This document shows positions 26,580 through 40,200 of a stretch of 64,000 nucleotides of DNA, one piece after another. How positions within the stretch are numbered: position 1 is the first letter of the stretch; the number at the start of each line of letters is the position of its first letter. The translations under genes were made by a program, and so were the position numbers. A model generated the notes under the pieces. It did no database searches, was not told where the DNA came from, and saw only the letters and a list, made by a program, of their open reading frames with translations. The DNA lies in contig JAQGDQ010000053.1 in NCBI GenBank assembly GCA_030141605.1, positions 248,001-312,000 of the forward strand, given 5' to 3'. This DNA comes from Tubiluchus corallicola (Eukaryota > Animalia > Priapulida).

Positions 26580-28122
26580 TTAGAGTGCCCCAAATGGGTC
26601 ATTCTGCATTGTTTGCCTAGGCTGTGGTTGCTGTGGAAAGGTTTGTGCAGGCTGCATTCCTGGCTGTACTCCCACTGACTGCTGCGGAAATCCCATGCCA
26701 GGCACCATGCCCATGGGCGGACCCATTGGCATTCCCATTCGTGGACCCAGTGGCTGCGTTTGAGATGGTACCTAAGGAAGTGAATAACTGATATTAACTT
26801 TAGACTGAAAATTATTTGTCATAAGCATGAAGGAAGCTTAACAAAAACTACATAATATCAATTTAAAAAAAACAAAATGAAATATTGCAACTTTCTTACA
26901 TAAGACAAAATAATGCATGTAAAGGTAGTAGCTGATATGAGCTTGATGTCAGAAATACAAAATTATTAGCAAAAATGACTGAAAAAACTGAACTTAACAA
27001 TCTTACTGTACAGTAAAACAAAAAGCAGAAATATGCTCAAAAGTAACATTTATACAAGAATACTTGATGTATTTTTTTTCATTTGAGAAAAATGTAATAT
27101 AATGTAAACAAGAAAAAACAAGTAAAAAACTGCTAAGCATACTTTACATACATAACTAGTACAGCTCTATTTTAGCAGTTCAATGCAATTTTAAAAAGTA
27201 TCTGCAACCATTGTTATATGGCAAACATATTTTCTACATCATGCACAGCAGACAATATTTCTGCCACCATACTGTCCAAAAGCAAAGAAATATCCCTTTC
27301 AACACTCGCAAGTCTTGCAAGAAAACCGCACCAAGCCAAACAGTGTCAGATGGGAATATACACTTCAACTATTACTTAACAACAGTGTGCAAAGAATAAA
27401 AAATACAAGAGCATGCGAGAGTTCACACAGTACTTGCAAACAAATAAAAGTTTTTATCACAACTATACTAACTCTACTGACATTATTATATGCATGCTGT
27501 TATGAAGGTATAAAATATTATGAATAAAATACTACTGATGATAAAAAATTTTTAACACAGCAAGGTTACCGAGGGTTGTTGCGGTTGTTGAGGAAAATGG
27601 CCACTCATCATTCCTCCTGACCAATCAGCTGGCTTAGCTGTTGCTTGCGCCTGCTAATCAGAAATGGTACAACGGGCCCCAGTCATAAACACATTTACCA
27701 ATAAATAATCCTTTTGTGGAGTTTATAATAAAAGTTCCATATGGTGCAATAATGTTGTATGCAAATGTTGCCATTAAATATTAAATATGTAGGATTATCT
27801 ACAAGGTGTTGCTAATTGACACAGTAGTTGTGATATTAAAAACTGCACAGGATGAAATTCTTAAATATATGCAAACAGTGTGCAACTATAGCATATTAAT
27901 ATTACAAGTGAATTTCAAAAGAATGACAAAAAGAGAGTTTCTAACACTACCTGTCAACTACTGAAGAATGTGCAGCAGTAATGTCAAGCCACTAACAATG
28001 GGGAAACCAGTTTGCTTTGAAATGCAAACTGTTTGACTGCTTCAAAAAGAACTGGAGTAAATTATTTGAGCACACAGACTCTGTCATTTCCCCTCCCTCC
28101 CTCCCTCCCTCCCTCCCTCCCT

Positions 28123-28208
<86 letters not shown>

Positions 28209-31200
28209 CACGCTCTTTCCCTCATGTGGTAGTTTGCTGAACTACCTCCCTACTATTTTATCTTATTCTAAACATGATATTCGTTTTTAATTGTGAAGGT
28301 TTGGGTAACAACTGAGTGGTCATGGTCTAGGCTTAACAAGCAACATTAAACTACATGACGAGATTAGTCTGTAAATCTGTAAGTAACTGTTGGAAAACTG
28401 CTCCTATGTAGTTTAAACTGCCATATCATCCAGAAAGAGGCCACAAATACACATACATATACATGCACCAGTGTCATCTCAGTACCTTGTTTAGAAACTT
28501 ATCCTTGATAATGAGAAATGCTGTGGTCCTACTACAGGTTAATCAAATGCGACCCATTGCCCTGTACCATCTGCACACAGTCCATAATTTGTCCACTGTG
28601 TGAAACAGGACGAACAGGCAACAAATGACGATAACCACAATGTAGCAGAAAACATTATAAGCAACCATGGTGAATATGTAACCAAACTTTTTTGAATAAC
28701 TTTCACTGTCACAGATATTACTTAAAAGCTTTTAGTACTACAGAAAAATACAGAGCTTTCGCCACCCGAAAAACTACTTGAATAAGAAACTTAAACAGAT
28801 GACCAACATTAGTCAATGCAACGAAGGTCTCACTGACAAAGTTATGCAACTAAACAAAGCAGGAGCAGGTCTATGCAGACAACAATGAGTTCACGTAACC
28901 TAACCCAAGCACAGGATTAAAGCAAAAGTCACCCACGCACTGCACACCCATTTAAATTTCAAGCGACTCTAATTATGCTCACAAAGTAAACTTACTGCAT
29001 AGGGATTGTATGGTTGATGTTGAGGTGATGAGCCCCAAGTAGCTGCTGTTGCCGGAGTCACAACAGGCTGCCAATTCATCCCACCTGTACGAACACCTGT
29101 TGTAGAAGATGGATTCCACTGGTGTTCTGATCTATAAACAAAAAGATGTTATGAAATTTGTGTCACAGGTAAAACAGCATTATCACTTTGCTATGGAATG
29201 CATGTACACTTAGTAGTATGAACAACAAGCTTGTATGTCCATTAAAACATCTTTATACATCGGTAGATTACTGTGCAAACTCGAATGCTTGGATGACGGC
29301 TGTATTGTTTAATGAATGGTTAGTGAAATGGGATGCGAGCTTAAAGTGAAACATCAGTTTACTGGTAGACAACTGTACTGCCCATGTAGTCAGCATATCA
29401 TTGAAACACATTAAAGTTGCGTTTTTGCCTGCAAACACCACATCACTTATTCAGCCCTGTGATCAAGGCATTATTCGAACACTGAAGGCATACTATAGAA
29501 GAGAAATGCAAGCTAGAGTGTTAGAAGCAATGGATTCAGACGATGCCACTGATCAATTAAGCGCAAATGACTTAGCCAAAAAAACTAGCCTCCTGAACAC
29601 TACATTTATTGGCAATGTCATGGAGCAATGTAAGTGAGCAGATGATTCAGAACTGTTTTTTAGTCATGCCCAATTCACTTGTGATTAAATTTCCACTACG
29701 TTGCAAGAGATAAGCCTGTTACCATCTGCTCCACCTGGTATGAGCAGCAGCGAGTTTAAGATTTGGGTGGAAATTGATTTGGCCACTCAGGCCACGTCGC
29801 AAATAACCGATGACGAAATCATCACCATTGCAAGGAGTCAAGATGAACCTAAAGAGGCCACTTACGAGGAAACAAGGGCACACCAACTGCAGTTCAAGCA
29901 CGCCAAGCGCTAAATGTTTTATGAGAATACGTGCATCACACAGCAACAGATTTTCAATATTTTTATGATTACAAGAACTTTGTGAGCCAACTTCTTCGCG
30001 AGAAAATGAAACAGCTAACTTTGAAGGAATTTTTGTAATTTTTGCAAATAAACAGACTTGTATGATTTAGAAAAGTATACTTTTTAATTTATTGTTAATT
30101 CACTTACATAAATTAATATTTTAAAATATTTTTTCTAATTTTTAACTGCACAAAGGAATTTAGGCATTACTTCGTTTCAAAAATTGATTAAAAGCCTTTG
30201 CAGTGCATAGTAAACTGACGACTCATACTTCTATGGCAGTAATATTACACCCATCGGTTAATAGGTTCAGTCAGTTAATTGGGTCAAAACACGTCCACAT
30301 TAACACACTTACATTAATCTCAAAAGAAAACATGTCAACAATGATTATGAAATAGCAATCTTCACATACTTTAACACGGATAGCACTCTTCTAAAATATT
30401 TTAAATGTCTTCCCGTACAACACTCTTCTGATTACTCACTTTTTGATTGCTGGCCCATTAATGGTCAGACTGTCAGCCAGTGAAGCCAAACTCTGGTTTA
30501 CATCGGCACCCTTCAGAATGTTCTCAGTTTTCTTTGGCTGACCCACATGTTGAGGGAATGCTGGCATAGAAGCAACATTACTGCTTCGCACTGGTTGCAA
30601 AACGTCACCAAATGCATCAAATTCTGAAACGTTTTAGTGATGTGATGACTTCAAGAACGTTACCAGATGCATTCATATTTTACATAACAATTTCACTTTT
30701 TGGGTTAACATAACTAAAAAATAAATGCAAATACAAAGTTTAAAAAACTCGTCAAGGATCTTACAAGAAAATAACAGAAAAGTGCCAAAAGCTGAAGAAG
30801 CATCTATTGAGAATTAAGCTAATAGTAACAAAATAGCACAGCAATAGATTTTTGTGTGTATTAAGAATGTGTATCAGTCGATAACTGCGCTGCCAAAAAT
30901 TTCATTTAGGTAATTTCGAAATGTCTAAGTTTAGATAAGTTCAAGTTAAAAATCAAATCAATAGCAGGTGAAAATATCTCAACATAAAACTATCTACTAT
31001 GATAAACCATATTGATTTCAAAAACGAAACAAGCTTTTAACTTAAAATTCACCAGCTTAATTAACATTACGTCAACTAAGTAATAGCATAAACACAGCAA
31101 TACAAACTACAACAGATTTAGACTAGAGAAGAAAAACATGCTAACATAAAGAACCGAAAAAACAGTGCTAAACTAAATTTAACAGGATATAACCAAGGGG

Positions 31201-34200
31201 AAGAAAAGTGCAACAAAAGCAGCTCCAGCACATAGAACTTCAACAAGTCCTATCAGTAGCACAAACAGCATCTTTCTATTAAATACAGTACATCAACTAG
31301 ACAGTATTTTATCTACAAATACTATTACTATACTTCCATCACAAATACCAGGAGTAAGGGCTGTTTGAACATCCTATTCAGGACATAGATACAAATAATA
31401 ACTTTCAAAATCTCAGGATTTCCTCTAAGAAGTAACAAAAGCAACTGAAGTCAAATTAACACTTCTAAGCACCCAATGCAGAACAAGTTAGTTACTGCAA
31501 ATAAATAAGTATAGCAAAATTACTTAATTTTGAGAGTATTAATTAACAATAAAACACCCACAGTTATTAAATTTTTTGAATCAAAACATGACTTAAAGGA
31601 GGGAAATGTCTATGGGTAAAACATTCGGGACCGAGCCTGGACTTGAACCAAGCAATTCGAATCACAAGTCCAGTGCCATGATCACTACCTCACACAGCCT
31701 CTTGAGATCAATAATTGTGAACTTGTTCTATTATTAATTGACTATCTTGAATCAAGAGTTACCCACGGATTATTTTAACTTGTACATTAATTACATAATA
31801 TTCACAAAGTGTGAGGAATCTAACACATGCACTTGGAAATAAGGATGGGTTGGTAACTATTATAATTAAATTGAGAGTTGCCTAAATTACCAAGGGTTGT
31901 GCAATCTATTAGTCACGGTATTGAACTCGTAATTTATAGGTACTTGGTTCAAATTCAGGCACAGTTTTGACTTTCACATTTTTTCTCTTTGAGAAAGGCT
32001 GGGTTTCCAATAATATGCTAATCATGGGCTTAGATTATTGTTAAGTATAACAAGGTGCTGTGTCAAGTGCAGCATCAGTTACCAGGATGGCAAGCTTTTG
32101 ACAAAGACTTTTCATAACAAATTTCAACTACAAGGCAGATCAGAAAAAAGCGCAAAAGAGAGAAACTTGTAAAATCTGTGAAAACTGGTAAATTCTTTTT
32201 GTAAATTAATATCATCTTAATACTCACCTATCAGTCACTAGATGAAACATGATACAATATTTCATCATTCTAAAGTAGCAACAAATATCAATCCTGAAAT
32301 TCCTATATTCCCTAAAAATCTATGGAAAAACTCCAAAAATGCCAGTGAGTAAGCAGTCTACTAGCAGACACTGCTAAGATCTTCAACACAGAAATTACAT
32401 GAATAAACTCAAATGTGTTCAACGAACTTTTCTAGGGCCGATAAACTATTAAAATTTTGGTTCACAATTTTTTTTATTACTGAAAAGTTAATTCACCTGC
32501 ACTAGAGGGCACAGTAGGCTGAGTATCAAACACCATTATATCGGTTTCTAGAGGGGCACCTGATTTAGCTGGAGATGCACTAGCCATAGATGCTAAAGAT
32601 GGCCCTTTGGATCTATGACCCATTTGTGGAGAAGCTGACCCAGTTCCAAACACGTCAAGTACGTCAAGTGGATTAGATTTAAGTTGTGCAGGTTTCTGTT
32701 TTGGTGTACCAACGTGGGTAACTGCTTCCGAGAAGATATCAAGAGGAGGTGGCGCTGATGGTGCAGTGGTAGCCGTCACTGATACAGGGGAGACGCGAGC
32801 TGGGACAGGAGAAGATCGAGCTTCAGGGGGGTTGGTCTCAGGAAACATGTCCATTTTGGGTGGGGTTTCTTCAACAGAGGGTGGTGGAAGGCCAGGTTCT
32901 GGATTTGCAGGCATTGCCAGCAAATCGTCCAATCCTACAAAGCAGCATGAAAGAAGAGAATATCAAAACTATTAATTTTGAAAATGTAAATTTACAGAAT
33001 ACCAACATTTCTACATGATTCATTTCACACGTTTATAAATTAAATATCTTATGAGAAATGAAATATTTGAAACTTAATTTAAAACAGTGGACTAAACATG
33101 TACACAAACGAATTTTAAATGTTGGGTAGCTAAGAACTTTGAAAAACACAAATTTGTTCTGAAGGTCCTAGTATATACTGCATAGCACTAACAGTTCTAT
33201 TTTTTAACAAAACAATATTATAGCCATCTACTGAATAGTCCATTTTCAAATTAGGAATCAGGAAAATTTAGACAACTTAGGCAAGTGTCGAAACACAACA
33301 ACAATTGCTATACTAACTTTTCAGTACTCAGTAATGGTACTTGATCAAAAAGGCAATATGACATGCTGATGCACGCAAATTTACTATTAAAAAAAAAGAA
33401 AAATTTATTAAGAAACTTGGTAGTTGTTACAAGTTTTTAAAAAAATAGCCATATCTAAGAACACCACAATGCAGCACTTCACGATCTACATGCCTACAGC
33501 TACAACCATTTACATGAAAGACTGCAAACCTGCTTTTGTAGGTCCTGTGCTTACTGGTGCTATAGCTACATTGTTTTAAAAAAATAAGGTAAGTGTGAGT
33601 AACAAATGAATAGACAGCCATTTGCATAAAATGCCACATTATTAGTACAAGAGAACTTAAATTTGTAAGGATAACATACACTTCAATAAATTTGTAATTT
33701 GGTTAGTTGCTTCAACAAATGCTTAAGTGTTATCAATTAATAATGTACTTATTTAAAAAAAAGCTAATGCGACAACAGCACTAAATAATAATTATAATAA
33801 CAAAAAAATAAATGTGAGAACAACAAAGCCAAATAATTTTAAGATCAGACAAATTTCAAGAAGATGACACAAAGTTTTAAGAACAGATAAGTGAACATTT
33901 CGAAACTATACGAGACCTATGTAATATAACACTTACGCTCACTAGAAGGTGCAGGCTGACTACCGAAAGCAGCGTCAAACTTTGCAAACTGACCAGGAGG
34001 TGACTGGTGCTGAAAACCTGTTGACAAAATTTTAAATTTTACAGTCCGTTTATGTTTTCCCTACATACTAGACTAGAAAAAGATGTATGAAAATTTAAAA
34101 CAAATTTTATTACTCAAAAACAATTAAAATGTAATTTTGACTTTACACTGCGACTACCGTATTATCACAGGTGAAGAAAAACAGTTACTTTCTTTTAACT

Positions 34201-37200
34201 TACCATTTTGTTGAGCTCCCCAAACATTAGCATTAGTTGCGACAGGTTGTACTGGTGCTGCCGCAGATACTGAAGCTGCATTATTAGCAAAAGGGTTAGA
34301 ACCCATTGCAAGTAAGTCGTTAGCTCCTCCGCTATTGTTCACAACAGGCGGTGTGTCTAGATCAAACAAGTCCATACTACTTGATGGAGCAGTTGACGTA
34401 GGAGGTGCAGCAGCTGCAGGAGTTTGTTGTACTGTCGCAAATGGATTTGTTGACGAAGGAGCTAGCTCTCCTGTATTTGTAGGAGATGCCATTTTCTGCT
34501 GATCGTGAGCTTTCTATGAAATGCCAAAGAAAGACGAGCATTATTAAAAAAAGGACGAGGATGACAATTTTAGCAAAGAATGCAAATGAACTCAAATCTA
34601 TTTTTAGAGATGCATTCATGAAAGAATCTAGTTTGCAGTACTTAACGTGCATAATGTCAACATGCAAAATAATGAAAAAGAAAAAAAAATAAAAATTCAC
34701 AGTACATTAGAAACTCTTCTTATGTATTAGAGTTCTTAAAATTCAAATGCAAACAAATTGTGACAATATACTATACAATGCAGAAAAACCTACCCAAGAA
34801 CTAGTTCCAGAAGGGAAGATATCTGACGACTGCTCATGCTGTTGCTGTAAGTATGACAATGCAAAACTTCAACTACAAAGCTAACTCACAGAATAGAAAA
34901 CATAAAACACGATGCCAATTTCAGCAAGGCAAAAACAATGGATCGATAGCAAAAGGCTCAGAACTACAGCTATCTATTAACAAAGACATGTGCAACCAAA
35001 CTGCAAGTTTTTATCACAATTTAGTGCATGTTACTAACCAAAGCAATCAACAGCAACTCCCACATAAGTTATGAGAAAAAAATCATCGTCATAAATGCAA
35101 CTAAACATTCATGCACTGTAAATCATGAACTAATTTATAATTAGCAATTTTATAAATCCATCATCATCATCAGCATGCTTTGCATAAAGCCAGATAAACA
35201 TGTGCTGCGTGCAAGCATATAAACCCTGTTTCCACAGAACTTTATGTCCAGAGTCCAGATAATGATTTAACACTACCAAAAACTAAATTTCGCTCTTACT
35301 TTTCAATTTTCGATTAGGTTACCTTGGGTACTTCATGAACTAATTTATAATTAGCAATTTTATAAATCCATCATCATCATCAGCGTGCTTTGCATAAAGC
35401 CGGATAAACATGTGCTGCGTGCAAGCATATAAACCCTGTTTCCACAGAATTTTATGTCCAGAGTCCAGATAATGATTTAAAACTACCAAAAACTAAATTT
35501 CACTCTTACTTTTCAATTTTCGATTAGGTTACCTTGGGTACTTAACATGAAGTAAAAAAACAGATTTTGTACTTTTACCTTTTCAGATGTGTTTAGCAAA
35601 AAAAAAGAAATCAACTGTGTACAATTTATAAACAAGTAATAAAAACTTGATGCGGTCTGTAATTTGACATCCTTTAGGCAGCTCAGGCAAATGATTCCAA
35701 ACATACAAACAAAATGTATTCATCCACTCACAACATGCCACTGCATTTCAAAATATATAAAATAATTCATTAGTAATGAATACAAGTTCAAGAAAAAACA
35801 TCAAAATATTAACAAGTACACACAGTTAATCACAACCTTTAATTAAATGAATATTAGATAAAAACTCACTCTTAATTCCTCTAGTCTTTTCTCTTCCTCC
35901 TCTAAGGCCTTCTTGGGATCAATTTCAAGATCCAGCAACCCCATTCCACCACTTGCTGCAGCTCCAAAAGCATTCCCAGTAGTTGACATTTTGTTGATCG
36001 CTGATTCAACCTGAGCTGTTGGTCTAAAAATATCATAATAACTGAATATCAGTAATAACTGAATTGTGATTACAAGTACAATATTACATTACTTGCTTAT
36101 TATCAAAAAGAAATTAAAAGAATGTATTTTCTCTCATGATGAAAACTTCATATTACTTACTTTGCTGTTGCCTTGCCTTTTCCTTCCATTGAATTCAAGT
36201 GCTGTTCTAATGCATCCACAAGACTACTTGGTGCCTAACAATAAAACAAATGTTATGTTGAATAATACAATGAAAAATAACAAGAAAAACTGTTATCGTT
36301 AGACATGTACATACCATTTGCTATTTAGCAAGTTTATCACTAAAGACAAAATAAAGGTGTCAAAATTAAATGAAAATATAGTATTATAAGAAAGCATGTT
36401 AAAATTCATACCTTTGCTAAATCTGGAATCTCGCCTTTGTCAATTCCTACATTCTGAAAATAAACAATTTCAGTAATAAATTGCCACAGGTTAATGCAAG
36501 TAAAGTGCATGCATGAAGACTATCACTCTCATTAATACGAGAGGCGTTTGTGGCTTAAAAATGCTTTTCCATTAGACACACAAAAATTAAAAGTCAAAAG
36601 CCAAACTTCAGACAAAATTAATACATTTACAGTCAGTGCACTTAGACACTGTAAACATTACTACACACTTCATAAATCAAGAATGCAGAAAACATAAAAT
36701 GTGTACACTATACAATCTAGTCAACTAACTTAGTGTAAACTTAAATTAGCTCAATCATACGGTTCATACCTCTGCAACCTTCAGAAACTCTGCTACTCTG
36801 TCCATCCGTACAAGGAATTTTTTGTACAAATCTAGAGCAGTTTTACAGTCTTTCTTACTCATGTCAAAGTACTTTTCTGAAGCATTTTAAAAACAAAGAT
36901 CAATATAATAAACACAATTTCTGAAAATTAATCAATCACAAAGGAAAAAATGAGTCAAACCAGAGTGTCAGTCACTGATTTTCTACTATCATCATTAAAT
37001 ATCAGCAAATTTTTATCTTTACAAACAGTGTACTTGTTTTTGTGCTAAATTTGGCAGAATTTTAGGGAGATTCAGAATATTTGCATAATAACAAACACCC
37101 CAAAAGAGTGCTGCATTGGTGTTGCAATCATATGAAAGCATACAATTCTTAAAGCAGCATTTATTTTATTATCTATAAATATTAAAAATGTTATGTAACA

Positions 37201-40200
37201 TTTATTCATAAATAATATGTGTTATGATTATCTGGCAATTTAAGACTTTGCGAGCAAACACAAAAAATAGCTCTCACTTCCATTCTAATGGTCTGCAAAT
37301 CTGTGCAGCACCATAATAAATGGTACAGAGTTAGGTAACAGCATCATAAGAATATTATCATTGCAAATACAACTTATGATGATAATAAAAATATCCTTAC
37401 CCAGGAGATTTATGATGCCATCATTATAACAGGCAAAAAGTCTAATGAGATCTTTAAACAGCAAGACAAAAGCTGAATTAATGACTCCATTTGTTAATTC
37501 ATTGGGGGTGCATTCAAAGTCTAAAAGAGCATCTAGCTGGTTCTGTAGTATTGGTAATGTTTTCAACAGCTGTAACAAAAATAAGTGTAATGAAGTCACC
37601 ATAAAGTGTTGTATTATATAGCTCAGCACAATGAGAGCTAAGAACCAACACTCAGCGACAGGAGTTTACTTATGCAGAAAGTTGTGGCACAATCGAAACA
37701 CACAGGTTAGTATAAGCAGTAGCCCAACATATAGGTGGAGCGACAAATCACCAGAAAAGTGAATGTGGTTGTCAATTCATATGTCATCTTGATTTTCTAA
37801 AGTAAGTTATTAGTAGAAGTTTTTCTATCCAATGGCACACGAATATAATCAAAAAAATTCTCCATGTCAAATGAGAGTACAGTTTGGCCATCACATCATG
37901 ACACAGTCTCAGTTAAACTATAAATAAAGTCATAAATTTAACAGCAGCTGAAAGCAATTATTTATAAAAGAGGCAAATTACAAAGAGGATTTAATTGTTT
38001 CATACAAGCAATCTAGTTCCAATCATATATGATCAAAGTACCAATCATATTTATGCAGGATTTTCTTACGTGCTTTTCAACTATTCTAGAAACACACATG
38101 AATGGCGGACACATGACAAAAACACCATGCAAATAATGCATGATATATAGATACCTATTCTTAAATCATCAGATTCTTAAATATGATAAAAGCCTACTAA
38201 GAAATTTGAGCATATCAGCATCACATATCTACTCATTATCTCTTATACAACGTTAAAAATTTTAACTATCAACAATTTGGCTTTCTCCCAAATTTTAACA
38301 ATGCAAAAATGATTTACAGTCATTCAAAGTCAGGGATCAATACCTTTTCCGGATTCATTGTTCTCAGCATACCATCTTCCTTCCTAAAAAAACATACAAC
38401 TCAAAAAGTGTTATGTAAACTTCGTATATGTAATACACTCATACAAAATTAAAACATGCTATCCACAGAATCTTTTAATTTAATGGCAGTAATGTTTTTT
38501 ACAATTGTTATTTAATTACTTTTAGCAAAGGAGTACTTAAATAACGAGTTTAAAAGGAAAAACTGAAACACCATACTGCTTACTTAAATAAAACCTTGCA
38601 TTTTGGTACAGCAAACAGTAGAAGTCATTAAAAAGTACATCTTCGTAACACAAGTAATGAACTGAAAATGTAAAAGAAACACAATCCTAGTAATACATTA
38701 TTTATAAAACTTACCCTCGTTTCACCTTGCAAAAATCAAAAGCCATCGTCCTGTAGGAGTATGCCTTCTCATTCAAATATTTGGCATACCTCCTTATGTA
38801 AGTGGACATATCATATCCTGTAAGATACAAACAAAAATGACTGAATGAATTACAACAAATAACCAAAAAACTTTAGCAAGTGAAATTGTTTATCAGGAAA
38901 AGCAGTGTGCACAAATAATAGGTCTTTAAAACTTCGAAAACAGCACAGTACACCATAAAACACTTTCTCATGTACCACTAAATAAAATAAAATAATACAA
39001 AATATCCACATAAACTGGTATTTCAGCCTTTCATTTTCTGGACTAACAAGAGGAAAAAAATAATGTTACAAAACACTAACTATATCAAAATTATCAAACT
39101 AAATTTAAGTGACTATTCATCATAACCCATGTGATATACATGTTCTGGTAATTATTTACCTTGAACACCAGTTTTATCCACAAACTGATTGAGTTGAAAA
39201 GTACAGTTGCTTGATGCCAAGTACTGTGTGAAACGCTGAAAAAGCAAATGTAAGAATGACGGAAGTAAGAAAACAAAATCACCTGAAACAACTTGGACAA
39301 AACTCTTCTTGTTAATATTTTAAACAGAGTTAATTGAAAACAAAAAAATTAAAAATAAAAATAATAAAAACAAGAAAACATTTTAACGAAAACAATAAAA
39401 TCAGTCTTATACGATCAAAACTCACAAAAACATAGTGCAAAAATTAGATAAATGAAAAAAATCATCCAAAAGTTAAGATATTGCAATACCAACAACTCAC
39501 TTCGTTTCCATAACACATTAAGTGATGTATCGTAATAAGCCCCTTGAAGACAACCACCCATGATGTGTGCTGAGTTCGTTCTATGAGTAAGTTGGCAAGT
39601 TGGGGAATTGATACATTTGGCTCGTTTGTGCATTGCAATAAATCTGTAATTTAAATAGCACAATAATAATATTAAAATATAGTGTTACTCATTAGTAAAT
39701 GTATAACACTCACGCCATACAAACATCTGACATCTGCAAGTATAAATTTAGACTGCAAAGCAGAGTTCTGTACCACACAGACATTAATCCTCAAATCTTT
39801 TTTTTTATTCATTTATATCCCTTATGCAAAATTTTGCTTATGCGCAGCAGAAAATCCGTGAAAAGGAGTTTCGATATATAATTCTCCTACATGTCTGAGT
39901 GTGAGGCACAATCAATTTTACGAGAGGCGGATGGTGAAGAGATCAATACATACAGCCTATTACACACTTTCAAAGGCACTGGGCTTGTGACCTATTTGGA
40001 ATATTAAATTCTCAGTAAAGCCAGTTTAGTCATTTTACAGACAAAAATTCTAAGCGTGTATAAAGCAATCGTTACACATACTGCCACTCAATAGCTAAGG
40101 ATTATAAACAGTACTATAGGCCACTCATGTTTTGGTGTTACTGAAGATTTCCAGTGTGTGAGTTTAAAATAATGATGAAATTTAATTACAGATCATAAGA

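Noticed and set aside
27992-28290. ER-repeat and SL-repeat ORFs
   Set aside because: Translations of the (CT)n microsatellite
31349-31373. Possible extra PICALM microexon (ag/GATGTT...CCTG/gt)
   Set aside because: 25 nt, not frame-preserving, weak pyrimidine tract
31626-31701. Possible tRNA gene (GTG loop) on the minus strand
   Set aside because: Stems do not pair properly and related decayed copies share a non-tRNA body; treated as a SINE head
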